From assembly GCA_045863395.1 (NCBI GenBank), contig BTVJ01000021.1, forward strand, positions 1-64,000: a stretch of 64,000 nt of DNA. Reading direction: 5' to 3'. Below are positions 9,808-19,351 of the stretch, one piece after another. Origin of the DNA: Myxococcales bacterium (GTDB lineage Bacteria > Myxococcota_A > UBA9042 > JABWCM01 > BTVJ01). Each line of letters begins with the position of its first letter. Positions within the stretch are counted from its first letter, which is position 1. The position numbers and the translations under genes are program-made. Below the pieces are notes generated by a model. The model was not told the origin of the DNA and did not search any database. It saw only the letters and a program-made list of their open reading frames with translations.

Positions 9808-9825
9808 CTGGCACGGCACGTGCTT
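9808..9825 (+). promoter_or_regulatory. Sigma54 (-24/-12) promoter of ric
   Basis: cTGGCACGgcacgTGCtt: GG at 9810-9811, GC at 9822-9823, exact 10-nt spacing. Confidence 0.75.
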
Positions 9826-9869
9826 AGCCGGGCACGCGAGAACGGCGACCCACGCAAGGAGACGACGCC

Positions 9870-10535
9870 ATGACCACCTTCGAGACCTCCACCCCAGTCG
9901 GCCAGATCGCCACCTCCCACCCCGGCGCCGGCCGCGTCCTGATGCGACACAACATCGACTTCTGCTGTGGCGGGCGCCGCTCCCTCGCCGACGCCTGCGC
10001 CTCCGCCGGCATCGACGCGGCCGCCCTGCTCTCCGAGATCGCCGCGGAGGAACCCCAGCGCGACGACGTGCGCTGGGACCTGGAGCCCGTCGACGGGCTC
10101 ATCGGCCACATCCTCGAGGCCTACCACCGCCCTCTGGACGAGGAGCTGCCGCGCATCGCCGGCCTGATGAACAAGGTCACCCACCGCCACGGCGACGAGA
10201 ACCCCTGGCTCGCGGAGCTCAAGTCCAACGTCGACGCCGTCATCCAGGACCTGGTCGAGCATATGGTGAAGGAGGAGCGCGTGCTGTTCCCCTGGATCCT
10301 GTCGGGCAACGGACGGACGGCGGGCGGCCCCATCCAGGTGATGCACACCGAGCACGACACGGTCGCCTGGTACCTCGGCAAGATCCGCTCGCAGACCGGC
10401 GACTACGTTCCGCCCGCCGGCGCCTGCAACTCCTGGCGCGCCCTCTGGATTGCCCTGGAGGGCCTGGAGGTCTCCCTCAAGGAGCACATCCACCTGGAGA
10501 ACAACGTCCTCTTCCCCCGCGCCCTCGCTGCCTGA
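9870..10535 (+). CDS. ric: Iron-sulfur cluster repair di-iron protein (Ric/YtfE/ScdA)
   Basis: IDFCCGG N-terminal motif; hemerythrin-like HMVKEERVLFP, EHD, HIHLENNVLFP; RBS aaggag. Confidence 0.93.
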   Translation: MTTFETSTPVGQIATSHPGAGRVLMRHNIDFCCGGRRSLADACASAGIDAAALLSEIAAEEPQRDDVRWDLEPVDGLIGHILEAYHRPLDEELPRIAGLMNKVTHRHGDENPWLAELKSNVDAVIQDLVEHMVKEERVLFPWILSGNGRTAGGPIQVMHTEHDTVAWYLGKIRSQTGDYVPPAGACNSWRALWIALEGLEVSLKEHIHLENNVLFPRALAA

Positions 10536-10605
10536 CCCTGCATGGCGGCCCGGGAGCCATTCCCCGGGCCCCTGCCCCACCGCGACTCCCCAGCTTCAGG
10601 ACCAG

Positions 10606-10631
10606 CGCCCCCGGTGGAGACACCGGGGGCG
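10606..10631. terminator. Perfect 11-bp hairpin between convergent ric and lysR genes (possible terminator/stabiliser, no U-tract)
   Basis: cgcccccggtg-gaga-caccgggggcg; a second stem ggcccggg/cccgggcc at 10547-10570. Confidence 0.5.
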
Positions 10632-10634
10632 GGT

Positions 10635-11549
10635 CTACCTCAGGGGCACTGACCGCAGCTCCGCCGCCAGGAGCTGGAGCTCGTGCTCCATGGGGTGGCT
10701 CCCCCGCCAGATCAGCCGGAAGAAGTCCCGGTGCGGCTCTACGTGCTCGACGAGGGGCACCAGCCGCCCCGCGGCCAGATCCGGCTCGACGAAGTAGCGG
10801 GGCAGCACGGCGACCCCGGCCCCCTCCAGCAGCCGGTAGCGGACCGCCGCGATGGTGCCAAGGTGCTCGGCGCCGCGGAAGGCCCACACGTCCGACACCG
10901 GAGCGGCGTCCAGGAAGTAGCGGAACAGGGGCAGATCCGGGTGCGCGTCCAGCAGCACGTGGGCCATGGCGTGCTCGGGCTCTGTGAGGGGCCGGTCCGC
11001 GATGAGCCCCGGCTCACCGACGAACACGTATCGCTCCTCGTGGAGCGGGGCGTAGCGCAGGTCTCCGAGCGTCAGACGCACGCTGGAGATCATGGCGTCG
11101 ATGCGCCCGCTCCGCACGCGCTCCAGCAGGTCGGCGCTGTCCCCGAAGTACAGATCGAGCAGGCGCTCCGGGCGCTGCTCCCGCATCCGCTTGAGTTCCG
11201 GCAGGACCCAGCTCATGCCGAGCTCGAAGCGCGTGCCCACCGTCAGCGCGAAGGGGAGCGACTCGTCCACCTCGACCACCGCCTCGATGCAGGCGCGGGC
11301 CTCCTCCAAGCACCGCTGGGCGTGGGGGAGCAGCGCCTCCCCTGCCGGGGTCAGGCGCACCGTCCGTGTGGTGCGGTCGAAGAGCGGCACGCCGACCAGC
11401 TCCTCCAGGGCCCGCACGCGGGCGCTCAGCGCCGACGGAGACAGCATCACGTGGCTGGCCGCCGTCTTGAAGTGCAAGGTCCGGGCGGCCGCGACGAAGC
11501 AGCGCAGCGTCTCGATGTCCGGCAGCATCGCGGGGATCAGGTTCCTCAT
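10635..11549 (-). CDS. LysR-family transcriptional regulator
   Basis: LRCFVAAARTLHFKTAASHVMLSPSALSARVRALEELVGVPLFDRTTRTVRLTPAG HTH plus substrate-binding domain. Confidence 0.93.
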   Translation of the reverse strand: MRNLIPAMLPDIETLRCFVAAARTLHFKTAASHVMLSPSALSARVRALEELVGVPLFDRTTRTVRLTPAGEALLPHAQRCLEEARACIEAVVEVDESLPFALTVGTRFELGMSWVLPELKRMREQRPERLLDLYFGDSADLLERVRSGRIDAMISSVRLTLGDLRYAPLHEERYVFVGEPGLIADRPLTEPEHAMAHVLLDAHPDLPLFRYFLDAAPVSDVWAFRGAEHLGTIAAVRYRLLEGAGVAVLPRYFVEPDLAAGRLVPLVEHVEPHRDFFRLIWRGSHPMEHELQLLAAELRSVPLR

Positions 11550-11604
11550 GGTCTCGCTCCTGCCGATCCCCGCGGAGTACGGCGCCCATCGGTGGCGGCG
11601 GCGC

Positions 11605-14600
11605 TCACGCGGACGCTCCCAAGACCTGCACCTCGCTGCGCCCCGCACCGAGGGGGCGCACCACCACGCGAGCCCCCAGTCGCTCGGCGAGCCCGTCCAC
11701 GTGGGAGATGACCCCCACCTGGCAGCCGCTGGCCTGCAGCGCCTCCAGCGCGCCGACCGCCCGGTGCAGCGTGTCCGGGTCCAGGCTGCCGAAGCCCTCG
11801 TCGATGAACAGCGACCCGATGGCCACGCTGCGCGACGACAGGGACGACAGGCCCAGCGCGAGGGCGAGGGACACGAGGAAGCTCTCGCCCCCGGACAGGC
11901 TGCTCACGCTGCGGGGGTCGTCGCCCATGTCGCCGTCGATGATCTGGATGTCGAGCTCTCTGCCTCCCACCCTCTCCAGCCGGTAGCGCCGGTGCAGCTC
12001 CTGGAGGCGCACGTTGGCCGCGGCGAGCAGCGCGTCGAGGGACAGGCTCTGAGCGAAGTTTCGGAAGGTCTTGCCCGCGGAGTCCCCAATGACGCTGGAG
12101 AGCTGGCTCCAGAGCTTGGACTCGCCCTCCTGCTGCACCATGCCGGGCGCCAGCTCGGCGCGGCGCCGGGACGCCTCGTCGTCCGCGCGGAGCCGGACCT
12201 CCGACTGCACGCGGCGCTCCTCCAGGGTGGAGAGGGTCGCCTCCGCCTCCGTGAGGACGTCGGCTGCCGCCTCGTGGCTGAGGCTCGGCGCACCGGAGGC
12301 CTCGTGGGCCGCCAGGGCGCGGCGCCGCTCGTCGAGCAGCGCCGTGCAGGTGGTCCGGTGGTCGTCGATGGCACGGAGGTGGGCCCTGCGCTCCTCGCGC
12401 CACCGATCGTCCCGGGCCAGCAGCGCTGCAAGCTCGGCTCGCGCGAGGCCGAGGCGCGACAGCTCGCCCTGGAGCGCCTCCTCGGCAGCCCGCCCCTCTT
12501 CGATGCGCCGGGCGAGCTCGCTCGCGCTGGCGGCGGCCGTGGCCACCGCCGCAGCCGACGCGGTCCGCGCCAGGTCCAGGCTGACGGCCGCCTGCCTGTG
12601 GCGCTCGCGCGCAACCGCCACGGCCGCGCCCAGCTCCTGGCGGACGGCCTCCACCGGGCGCCCACCGAGGATGCCGCGCCGCTCCTCACGGAGCACCTCC
12701 AGGGCGGCGACCCTCGCGCGGTGAGTGGCCCGGCGCTCCTCCAGGTCCTCACGGGCGCGCCGCGAGGCCGCACGAAGCTCGGCGAGGCGCGGCCCGAGCG
12801 CCGCGAGCGCCTCGCGGGCCCTCGCGAGGCCGGCCGTCCGCTCGGCGTGGGCGGACACCAGGGCCGCCAGGGCGGCCTGGCCCGCCTGCGGGTCGCGACG
12901 CACCAGTGCGCGCTCCACGGGGCAGCCGATCAGGGCCGGGCCGAGCTCCTCCCACGCGGCGGCCGCCTGCGCCGTGGCTCGCGCCAGCTCTCCCTCGTTG
13001 CGTTCGACCTCGATGGAGGCGAGGGTGCGCCTCCGCTCGACCTCCCGCAGCGCGGTGATCACGCCCTCCCGTGCCTCGCGCGCCGCCTCCGCGGCCCTCC
13101 GCGCCGCCTCCAGCGCCGCGGCCTGGGCCTCGACCCTCCTCTCCTGCGCTGCGATGGCGTCGAGGCGGGCGCGGCACGCAGCCGCTGCGGCGTCTGCCGC
13201 CACGGCGTCCGGCGCGTGCGGCAGGGGCGGCACGGGCCAGGGCGCGCCGGCGTGACCCCCGCCCGCAGTGTCGCCGTGACCGGGTACGAGCGCGTCGCCC
13301 TGGCTCCCCGCGGACGTCGCCGTACCGCCCGGGGAAGACCCGCCCGTGGCTGCGTCGTCGCCGTCCCACGCGAGCCGAGCCCCTTCGCCCCCGGAGGTGC
13401 GTGCGGCGCTCGCGGCGGCGGCCGACCAGGCCCCCTGTGCCGCCGCGAGCGCCGCCCGGTGGCTCCCCGCCGCCGACTCTGCGTCCTGCTCCCGCTCCCT
13501 CAGGGCCGCCGCCCTCTCCGCCGCCGCTGCTGCCTTTCGCTGGGCCTCGCTGGCCCGGCTCCGCAGCGACGCCACCCGCTGCTCCAGCTCCCCGACGCGG
13601 GCGTCTCCTGGGCCATCGCCCGCCCACGGGTGCTCGACCGCGCCGCACAGGGGACACGCCTCCCCCTCTCGCAGCTCGGCCCTCCGGTGAGCCAGCTCGG
13701 ATGCCGCTCGGGCCGCGACGAGCGCCGCCTCCGCCGCGGCCAGCCCGCCATCGTCAGCGCCGAGGCGCGCCGCCTCTTCGGCGGCCGCGCGCCCCGCGCG
13801 TGCCTCGGTCGCCACACGGAGCGCCTCCGCCAACGCTGCGGACTCCCGAGCCGCGTCGCGGGCGATGCGGCCGAGCGCCTCGCACGCGCCGAGCCGCTCC
13901 GCCGCATCCTCCCGGGCGCTGCGCAGCGCCGCGGGATCGGGGCCGGCCGCCTGCGCCGCCCCGGCGAGCGCCGCCTGCGCCTTCGCGAGGGCGCCCTGGC
14001 GCCGCTCCAGCTCCTGCTGCCGCTCGGCCTCCGCCGCGACGAGGGACTCCTGGGCATCGCGCGCCACCCGCAGGGCCGCGGTCGCCGCTGCGGCCAGCTC
14101 ACCGGCCGCCCGGAGCCGGTCGATCTCTCTGCGCCAGCGACCCCACTCGGCGGCGACGGGCGCGACTCCCGCGTGGGCGTCGAGCCATGCCGCGGCCTCG
14201 GCGGCGGCCGCGAGTGCTCCCGCCTCGGCGGCCGCGCCCTCGGCGGCCGAGGCATCCGCGAGCACGGCACCCTCCTCGGCTGCTCGGGCGGCCCGCTCCG
14301 CCGCGTCGGCCTCCTCGCGCGCCTGGCGGCCGCGCACGTCGAAGGCGGCCGCACGCTCCAGCTCGGGCTCCGCCGCCTCCCGCGCCTCCTCCACCCGGGC
14401 GACCTCCACCGCCGCCTCCGCCTCCAGAGACGAGGCAGAGTCCTCGCCGCGGCGGGCCTCGGCCTCACGCTCTCTCGCACGCTCGAGCTCCGCGCGAGCC
14501 CCTACCACCGCTCGCGTGGCGACCTCGGCGCGCTCCAAGGCGGCTCGCCCCCGCTGTGCCGCGTCGACCGCCTCCAGCTCCGCGCGCTCCGCAGCGGCCT

Positions 14601-15465
14601 CCCTGAAGCGCTGCTCCGCAACCTCCACCTCCGCGGCCGCGGCGGCGACGGCGCCCCTCCGCTCCTCCGCCGCCCGGTGCCAGGCCTGCGCCAACCGCGC
14701 CCCCTCCGCCCGCGCGCGCACCGCCTCCCCCTCGGCCACGGCCTGGGCGCGCGCGGCCTCCACCTCGGCGCGCGCCTCCACCCCCAGCGTCTGCACCGCG
14801 TCCAGCTCCGCCTGGCGCCGGGCCAGCTCCTCGCCCTCCCGCTTGGCCCGCTCGAAGGCGAGCCTTCCGACCGTCCCGTACAGCCCCGTGTCCGTCATGC
14901 GCTCCAGCAGGGCGGCGCGCTCGTCTGCCGACGCCCGCAGGAACGCGGAGAAGTCCCCCTGCGCCAGCAGCACCGACCGGGTGAACTGCTCCCAGGACAG
15001 GCCCAGCCGCCTCTCGACCCCCGCCCGGGTCTCTTCCACGCCGTGGGCGACCACGTGACCGTCCGGCTCCGACAGCGACATCGTGACCTGCTGGAGCTGC
15101 CCGTCCGCCCGGCGCCTCGCCCGGCGCACCGACCACGTCGAGCGCCACCTGAGGCCGTCGACCCCGAGGAAGTCCACCTCCGCCTCCCCCTCGCCTGCAC
15201 CCCGTCGCAGCACGTTGCGAGGGTCGACGACGGTCAGCCCGTCTCCGTCCGGATCCGTGCGCGAGGTCCTTGCGGCGTCCCTGACCCGGGGGACGCGGTT
15301 GAACAGCGCGAGGCACATGGCATCGAGGATGGTGCTCTTGCCGCTGCCCGTCGGGCCGGTGATGGCGAACACGCCAGCGCCGCCGAGGACGGGCCCCGTC
15401 AGGTCCACGTCGAACCGCCCCTCCAGGCTGGCCAGATTGGAGCCGCGGATGGCAAGGATCCTCAT
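11605..15465 (-). CDS. sbcC: SbcC (Rad50-like) ATPase
   Basis: GPTGSGKST Walker A, LLAQGDF Q-loop, CPLCG zinc hook, LSGGESF signature, LFIDEGFGSLD Walker B, ISH. Confidence 0.95.
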   Translation of the reverse strand: MRILAIRGSNLASLEGRFDVDLTGPVLGGAGVFAITGPTGSGKSTILDAMCLALFNRVPRVRDAARTSRTDPDGDGLTVVDPRNVLRRGAGEGEAEVDFLGVDGLRWRSTWSVRRARRRADGQLQQVTMSLSEPDGHVVAHGVEETRAGVERRLGLSWEQFTRSVLLAQGDFSAFLRASADERAALLERMTDTGLYGTVGRLAFERAKREGEELARRQAELDAVQTLGVEARAEVEAARAQAVAEGEAVRARAEGARLAQAWHRAAEERRGAVAAAAAEVEVAEQRFREAAAERAELEAVDAAQRGRAALERAEVATRAVVGARAELERAREREAEARRGEDSASSLEAEAAVEVARVEEAREAAEPELERAAAFDVRGRQAREEADAAERAARAAEEGAVLADASAAEGAAAEAGALAAAAEAAAWLDAHAGVAPVAAEWGRWRREIDRLRAAGELAAAATAALRVARDAQESLVAAEAERQQELERRQGALAKAQAALAGAAQAAGPDPAALRSAREDAAERLGACEALGRIARDAARESAALAEALRVATEARAGRAAAEEAARLGADDGGLAAAEAALVAARAASELAHRRAELREGEACPLCGAVEHPWAGDGPGDARVGELEQRVASLRSRASEAQRKAAAAAERAAALREREQDAESAAGSHRAALAAAQGAWSAAAASAARTSGGEGARLAWDGDDAATGGSSPGGTATSAGSQGDALVPGHGDTAGGGHAGAPWPVPPLPHAPDAVAADAAAAACRARLDAIAAQERRVEAQAAALEAARRAAEAAREAREGVITALREVERRRTLASIEVERNEGELARATAQAAAAWEELGPALIGCPVERALVRRDPQAGQAALAALVSAHAERTAGLARAREALAALGPRLAELRAASRRAREDLEERRATHRARVAALEVLREERRGILGGRPVEAVRQELGAAVAVARERHRQAAVSLDLARTASAAAVATAAASASELARRIEEGRAAEEALQGELSRLGLARAELAALLARDDRWREERRAHLRAIDDHRTTCTALLDERRRALAAHEASGAPSLSHEAAADVLTEAEATLSTLEERRVQSEVRLRADDEASRRRAELAPGMVQQEGESKLWSQLSSVIGDSAGKTFRNFAQSLSLDALLAAANVRLQELHRRYRLERVGGRELDIQIIDGDMGDDPRSVSSLSGGESFLVSLALALGLSSLSSRSVAIGSLFIDEGFGSLDPDTLHRAVGALEALQASGCQVGVISHVDGLAERLGARVVVRPLGAGRSEVQVLGASA

Positions 15466-16691
15466 GGCTCCCCCTGCGCCTGCTCGACCAGCGCATGGAA
15501 GGCATCCAGCAGCGCCGCCGGCGGCTCCCCGGCCTCGGGGAACAGCGCGCTCCAGCGCCTCAGGAACACGTCGCCGGGCTGGATCTCCCTGATCCCCACG
15601 GTCTCGTGGTCGGCGAGGGCCCCCGCCGCGGACCGCACCACGTGCGTACACAGGAGCCGCGCGGCCTTGCCCTCGACCGCCGCCTCCACCCGCGCCTTGA
15701 GGCCGGGCTCCGGCGCGTCGAGGCGCACGCGGACCTCCAGCCACGGCAGCTCGGCAGCTCCCTGCCCATCCCGCCCGGGGAGCGCCTCCAGGAGCGCCAG
15801 GACGTCCGCCAGGGGCCCCGGTCCGTCCGGCGGAACACGCAGGAGCTCGACGGCGCGGGGGACGTGGAGCGGCTCGATGCTGCGCTCCCCGTGCAGCTCG
15901 ACGAGCACGACCTGGTGGGGGTACGCCTCCTCGTCGAAGGCCATGGGGATCGGGCTCCCGGCGTAGCGCACCTCCGGGCGCCCTCCCACCGCCTGCGGGC
16001 GGTGCAGGTGACCGAGCGCCGCGTAGGCCACGTCCGCCGGGAACAGGTCCACGGGCAGCGCGTGGAGGTTGCCGCCGAGGATGCGTCGCTCGCTCAGCTC
16101 TGACAGGGAGGTCCCCGTCATGTAGCAGTGGCCCGTGACCACGAGGGGCTCCCCGTCCACCCGCCGGCGTGCTGCCTCCGCGAAGACCTCGTCGTGGACG
16201 GCCCGCACCCCGCCGATCAGGGGGTCGGCGAGCGGATCGCCCACGGCAGGAAGATCGGCAGGCCGCAGGTATGGCAGGGCCGCGCACAGGGCGGTGCTCC
16301 CGTCGGCGCCGTGGAGGCGCACCAGCACGCGGCCCATGTCGATGCCGTCGTCGCCCCGGGGGAGGCCCCCGACCACGTGCACCCCGAGGGCGCCGAGCAC
16401 GCTCCGCGGAGCGTCCAGCCGCGCCGCCGAGTCGTGGTTGCCGCCTACGATCACGGTCTGGAGCGCCGGGAGCCGCCGGCGCGCCTCCACCAGGGTCTCG
16501 AACAGCATGCGCTGAGCCTCCGCAGGGGGGTTGGCGGAGTCGAAGACGTCACCGGTGACGAGCAGGGCGTCGACGCGGCGCTCCTCGAGGGTGTCCACGA
16601 GCCAGGCGAGGAAGCGGCGGTGCTCGTGCTCGCGCGGCACGTCGTGCAGCGTGTGGCCGAGGTGCCAGTCCGAGGTGTGGAGGAGGCGCAT
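15462..16691 (-). CDS. sbcD: SbcD (Mre11-like) nuclease
   Basis: LHTSDWHLG, GDVFD, GNHDS, ALGHLH, YAGSP; 4-nt overlap with sbcC. Confidence 0.95.
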   Translation of the reverse strand: MRLLHTSDWHLGHTLHDVPREHEHRRFLAWLVDTLEERRVDALLVTGDVFDSANPPAEAQRMLFETLVEARRRLPALQTVIVGGNHDSAARLDAPRSVLGALGVHVVGGLPRGDDGIDMGRVLVRLHGADGSTALCAALPYLRPADLPAVGDPLADPLIGGVRAVHDEVFAEAARRRVDGEPLVVTGHCYMTGTSLSELSERRILGGNLHALPVDLFPADVAYAALGHLHRPQAVGGRPEVRYAGSPIPMAFDEEAYPHQVVLVELHGERSIEPLHVPRAVELLRVPPDGPGPLADVLALLEALPGRDGQGAAELPWLEVRVRLDAPEPGLKARVEAAVEGKAARLLCTHVVRSAAGALADHETVGIREIQPGDVFLRRWSALFPEAGEPPAALLDAFHALVEQAQGEP

Positions 16692-16879
16692 GATTCCCTG
16701 CCCGACGTCCGTCAGGAATTGGGGCAGGCCCAGGTGAAGTACCGTCGCCGGCGGGTTACGTCAAGACCCTTCTCGCGCCATTGTGCGGAGACCCGAAACC
16801 GCGACGGGATCACTGTGCGGCCCAGGCGCAGAATCGGGCCGTCGACAACTACCGGTGGGCACCGCTACACTGGGGGTCC

Positions 16880-18040
16880 ATGAGGTTCATTCCCCCACAG
16901 CGCGCGCACCTGGTCGCGATCCTGGCGGTCACGGGCGGGTGCGCCGCCAGCGGATCGGCGCCCTCTGGCGAGGCGCCGCCGGCCGACGTCCCGTCCATCG
17001 CAGCCCCGGACACCAGACCGGGCTCGGACGCTCGTGACGCTGGCTCCACGGGAGAGACCGGGGACGCCCCCTCGACCGCCATCGAGGACGCCCTCGTGGA
17101 CGGCGCGCCAGGGGACGGAGCCTCCGCCGACGACGCCGCAGTGTCGCCCGCGTGGGAGCTCCCTCCGTGCTACCGCGCCTGCGACCGGGTGGTCTCCTGT
17201 GGGGTCGACGCCTGCGAGGGGTGGACGTGGGCGACGTCCGGACAGCTCTTCGAGGCCTGCTTTCAGGCGTGCACGGGCCACCTGAGCGATCTGGTGCTGG
17301 GCGCCGCCGCCTGCACTTCCGTCCTCGACGCGGCGCGCCCGCACGTAGCCCTGCTCGACGCCGGGTGCCCTGCCAGCTCCTGCCCCGACGGGTGCGCGCG
17401 GTTCGCCGACTGCACCGTGCAGGAGTGCCCCGGCGTCGGCGCGGTCCAGCGCGCGAGCCTGGACGCGAGCTGCCTGACGTGGTGCACCGCACCAACCGCC
17501 TCCTGGCTGCTCCAGCCCAAGGACTGCGCCGACCTGGTCGACGCCGTGAGCGTGAACAACCCGGGCTTCGTGTCGGCGTGCGGCAAGAGCACGGTGTGCG
17601 CGGAGGCGGCCCAGTGCGGACCGTGGGCCGCCAAGGTGGCGGGCTGCATGGTGGAGCACTGCGCGGGCAACCTGGACCCATGGGCGGCGAGCGTGGAGCA
17701 GCTCCTCGCTGCCTTCTGCTCGACGCCGCCGGACTGCCCGCCTCCAGCAGACGTCGCTGCGCTGCTCTCCGGGGCGGTCACCTGCGACCACCCTGCCCTC
17801 GCGCCTCTCGGCCCCGCGCCCCCGTTCACCGCCCTGTGCGACGGCAGCGCCGGCGTGACCCCGGCCGAGGCGACCGGGGCCTGCGAGGCGCTCCTCGCGT
17901 GCCCGGCGACCGCGGGGTTGGGCCCCCCGCAGAAGTGCGCCGGCCAGGTGGCGATCCTCCCCGACGCGGCCGTGCGCATCGCCTGCCTCGCCGCCGCGCC
18001 GGGCTGCGCTGACGTGTACGCCTGCCTGGAGGGCCTCTGA
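16880..18040 (+). CDS. Cys-rich lipoprotein of unknown function
   Basis: Signal ending TGGC; Pro/Asp/Ala linker; repeated helical C-x3-C...C-x4-C units; stop overlaps ATG of the next gene. Confidence 0.7.
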   Translation: MRFIPPQRAHLVAILAVTGGCAASGSAPSGEAPPADVPSIAAPDTRPGSDARDAGSTGETGDAPSTAIEDALVDGAPGDGASADDAAVSPAWELPPCYRACDRVVSCGVDACEGWTWATSGQLFEACFQACTGHLSDLVLGAAACTSVLDAARPHVALLDAGCPASSCPDGCARFADCTVQECPGVGAVQRASLDASCLTWCTAPTASWLLQPKDCADLVDAVSVNNPGFVSACGKSTVCAEAAQCGPWAAKVAGCMVEHCAGNLDPWAASVEQLLAAFCSTPPDCPPPADVAALLSGAVTCDHPALAPLGPAPPFTALCDGSAGVTPAEATGACEALLACPATAGLGPPQKCAGQVAILPDAAVRIACLAAAPGCADVYACLEGL

Positions 18041-19335
18041 TGAGCTGGCGCATCGGTGCGCTCCTGGCGCTCGCGTCCCTCGCCTGCGAGCAGGCGCGCC
18101 CACCTGCCCTCGGCGTCATCGAGGCCCCAGCCAGCGCCAAGACCGCGTGGCTCTTCGACGACGCCGCCGCCCCGCGCCACCTGCGCCTGGAGGTCGCCCC
18201 GAAGGACTGGGAGTGGCTCAACGCGAACCCGCTCCTGGAGCAGTGGGTCCCGGCCACGGTCCACTTCGAGGGCCAGACGTTCACGAACGCCGCGGTGCGG
18301 TACAAGGGCGCCGTCGGGTCCCTGTACTCGTGCGTGGACGCGACGGGTGCGCTGACCTGCCGCAAGCTGTCCCTCAAGGTGAGCTTCAACGAGGTGGACA
18401 AGTCCGGCCGCTTCTACGGCGTGCGCAAGCTCGTGCTCAACGCGTGCAGCCGCGACGACACGTACCTCCGGGAGCGCCTCGCCTACGCCGCCTTCCGCGA
18501 CGCCGGGGTCGTCGCCCCCCGGGCGGTCCACATGCGCGTCAGCGTCAACGACGGCCCGGAGAGCCTCTACCTCGCCGTGGAGAACCCGGACAAGGAGCTC
18601 CTGGAGGAGCGCTTCGCCGACCCCGACGGCGACCTCTACAAGGAGGCCTGGCCTCGCTCGCTGGATCCCGCGTGGTATGCGTCCAAGCTGAAGACCAACG
18701 AGAACACCTCGACGGGCGCGCGCCTGCTGACCCTCGCGAAGGCGCTGGCAGCGACGCCCAAGCCGGACCACCCCGCCCTGGTGGACGCCTGGATGGACCG
18801 CCCCCTGATGGCGCGCTACCTGGCCGTGGATCAGGCGGTCAACAACTGGGACGGCGTGACCCGCTTCTACTGCGGAGGCGCCTCCTGCTCCAACCACAAC
18901 TTCTACCTGTACGACGACCCCACGAGCGGGCGGCTCGTCGTGATCCCCTGGGACCTGGACTTCACCTTCGTGTGGCCGGACGACCAGCTCGGCCGCTCGT
19001 GGAGCGACGCGGGGCCCGGCGCCTGCGACCCCGAGCCCGTCAACGGCGTCGCGACGGTCCTCCCAGCCCAGTGTGATCCGCTGGTCGGTGTCCTCGTCGG
19101 GGACGAGGCCGCCTGGCTGGATGCCTTGGCGACCCTGTCGGCGCCGGGCGGCGCCCTCGACCTGGACCGGCTCCTCGGGCGCCTCGACGGCTACCGGGCG
19201 CAGATCCGGGAGGTCGCCGAGACCGACCCGCTGGGCCCGGGCGCGGCCGAGTGGCGGCGAGCGACGGCGCGCCTCCGCGAGACGCTGCGGGCGCAGGCAG
19301 CGCACATTGCGGCCCGGCTCGCGGAGGGCCGGTAG
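18040..19335 (+). CDS. CotH-family kinase (lipoprotein)
   Basis: LAC lipobox; VRYKG, KLSLKVSFNE, LRERLAY, LYLAVE, NNWDG, NHNFYLY, IPWDLDFTF. Confidence 0.88.
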   Translation: MSWRIGALLALASLACEQARPPALGVIEAPASAKTAWLFDDAAAPRHLRLEVAPKDWEWLNANPLLEQWVPATVHFEGQTFTNAAVRYKGAVGSLYSCVDATGALTCRKLSLKVSFNEVDKSGRFYGVRKLVLNACSRDDTYLRERLAYAAFRDAGVVAPRAVHMRVSVNDGPESLYLAVENPDKELLEERFADPDGDLYKEAWPRSLDPAWYASKLKTNENTSTGARLLTLAKALAATPKPDHPALVDAWMDRPLMARYLAVDQAVNNWDGVTRFYCGGASCSNHNFYLYDDPTSGRLVVIPWDLDFTFVWPDDQLGRSWSDAGPGACDPEPVNGVATVLPAQCDPLVGVLVGDEAAWLDALATLSAPGGALDLDRLLGRLDGYRAQIREVAETDPLGPGAAEWRRATARLRETLRAQAAHIAARLAEGR

Positions 19336-19351
19336 CCGCTCTCGTCGAGCG

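Noticed and set aside
13200..13400. Intein or mobile insertion in the SbcC coiled coil
   Set aside because: Short Gly/Ala/Pro low-complexity segment without intein terminal residues or endonuclease motifs
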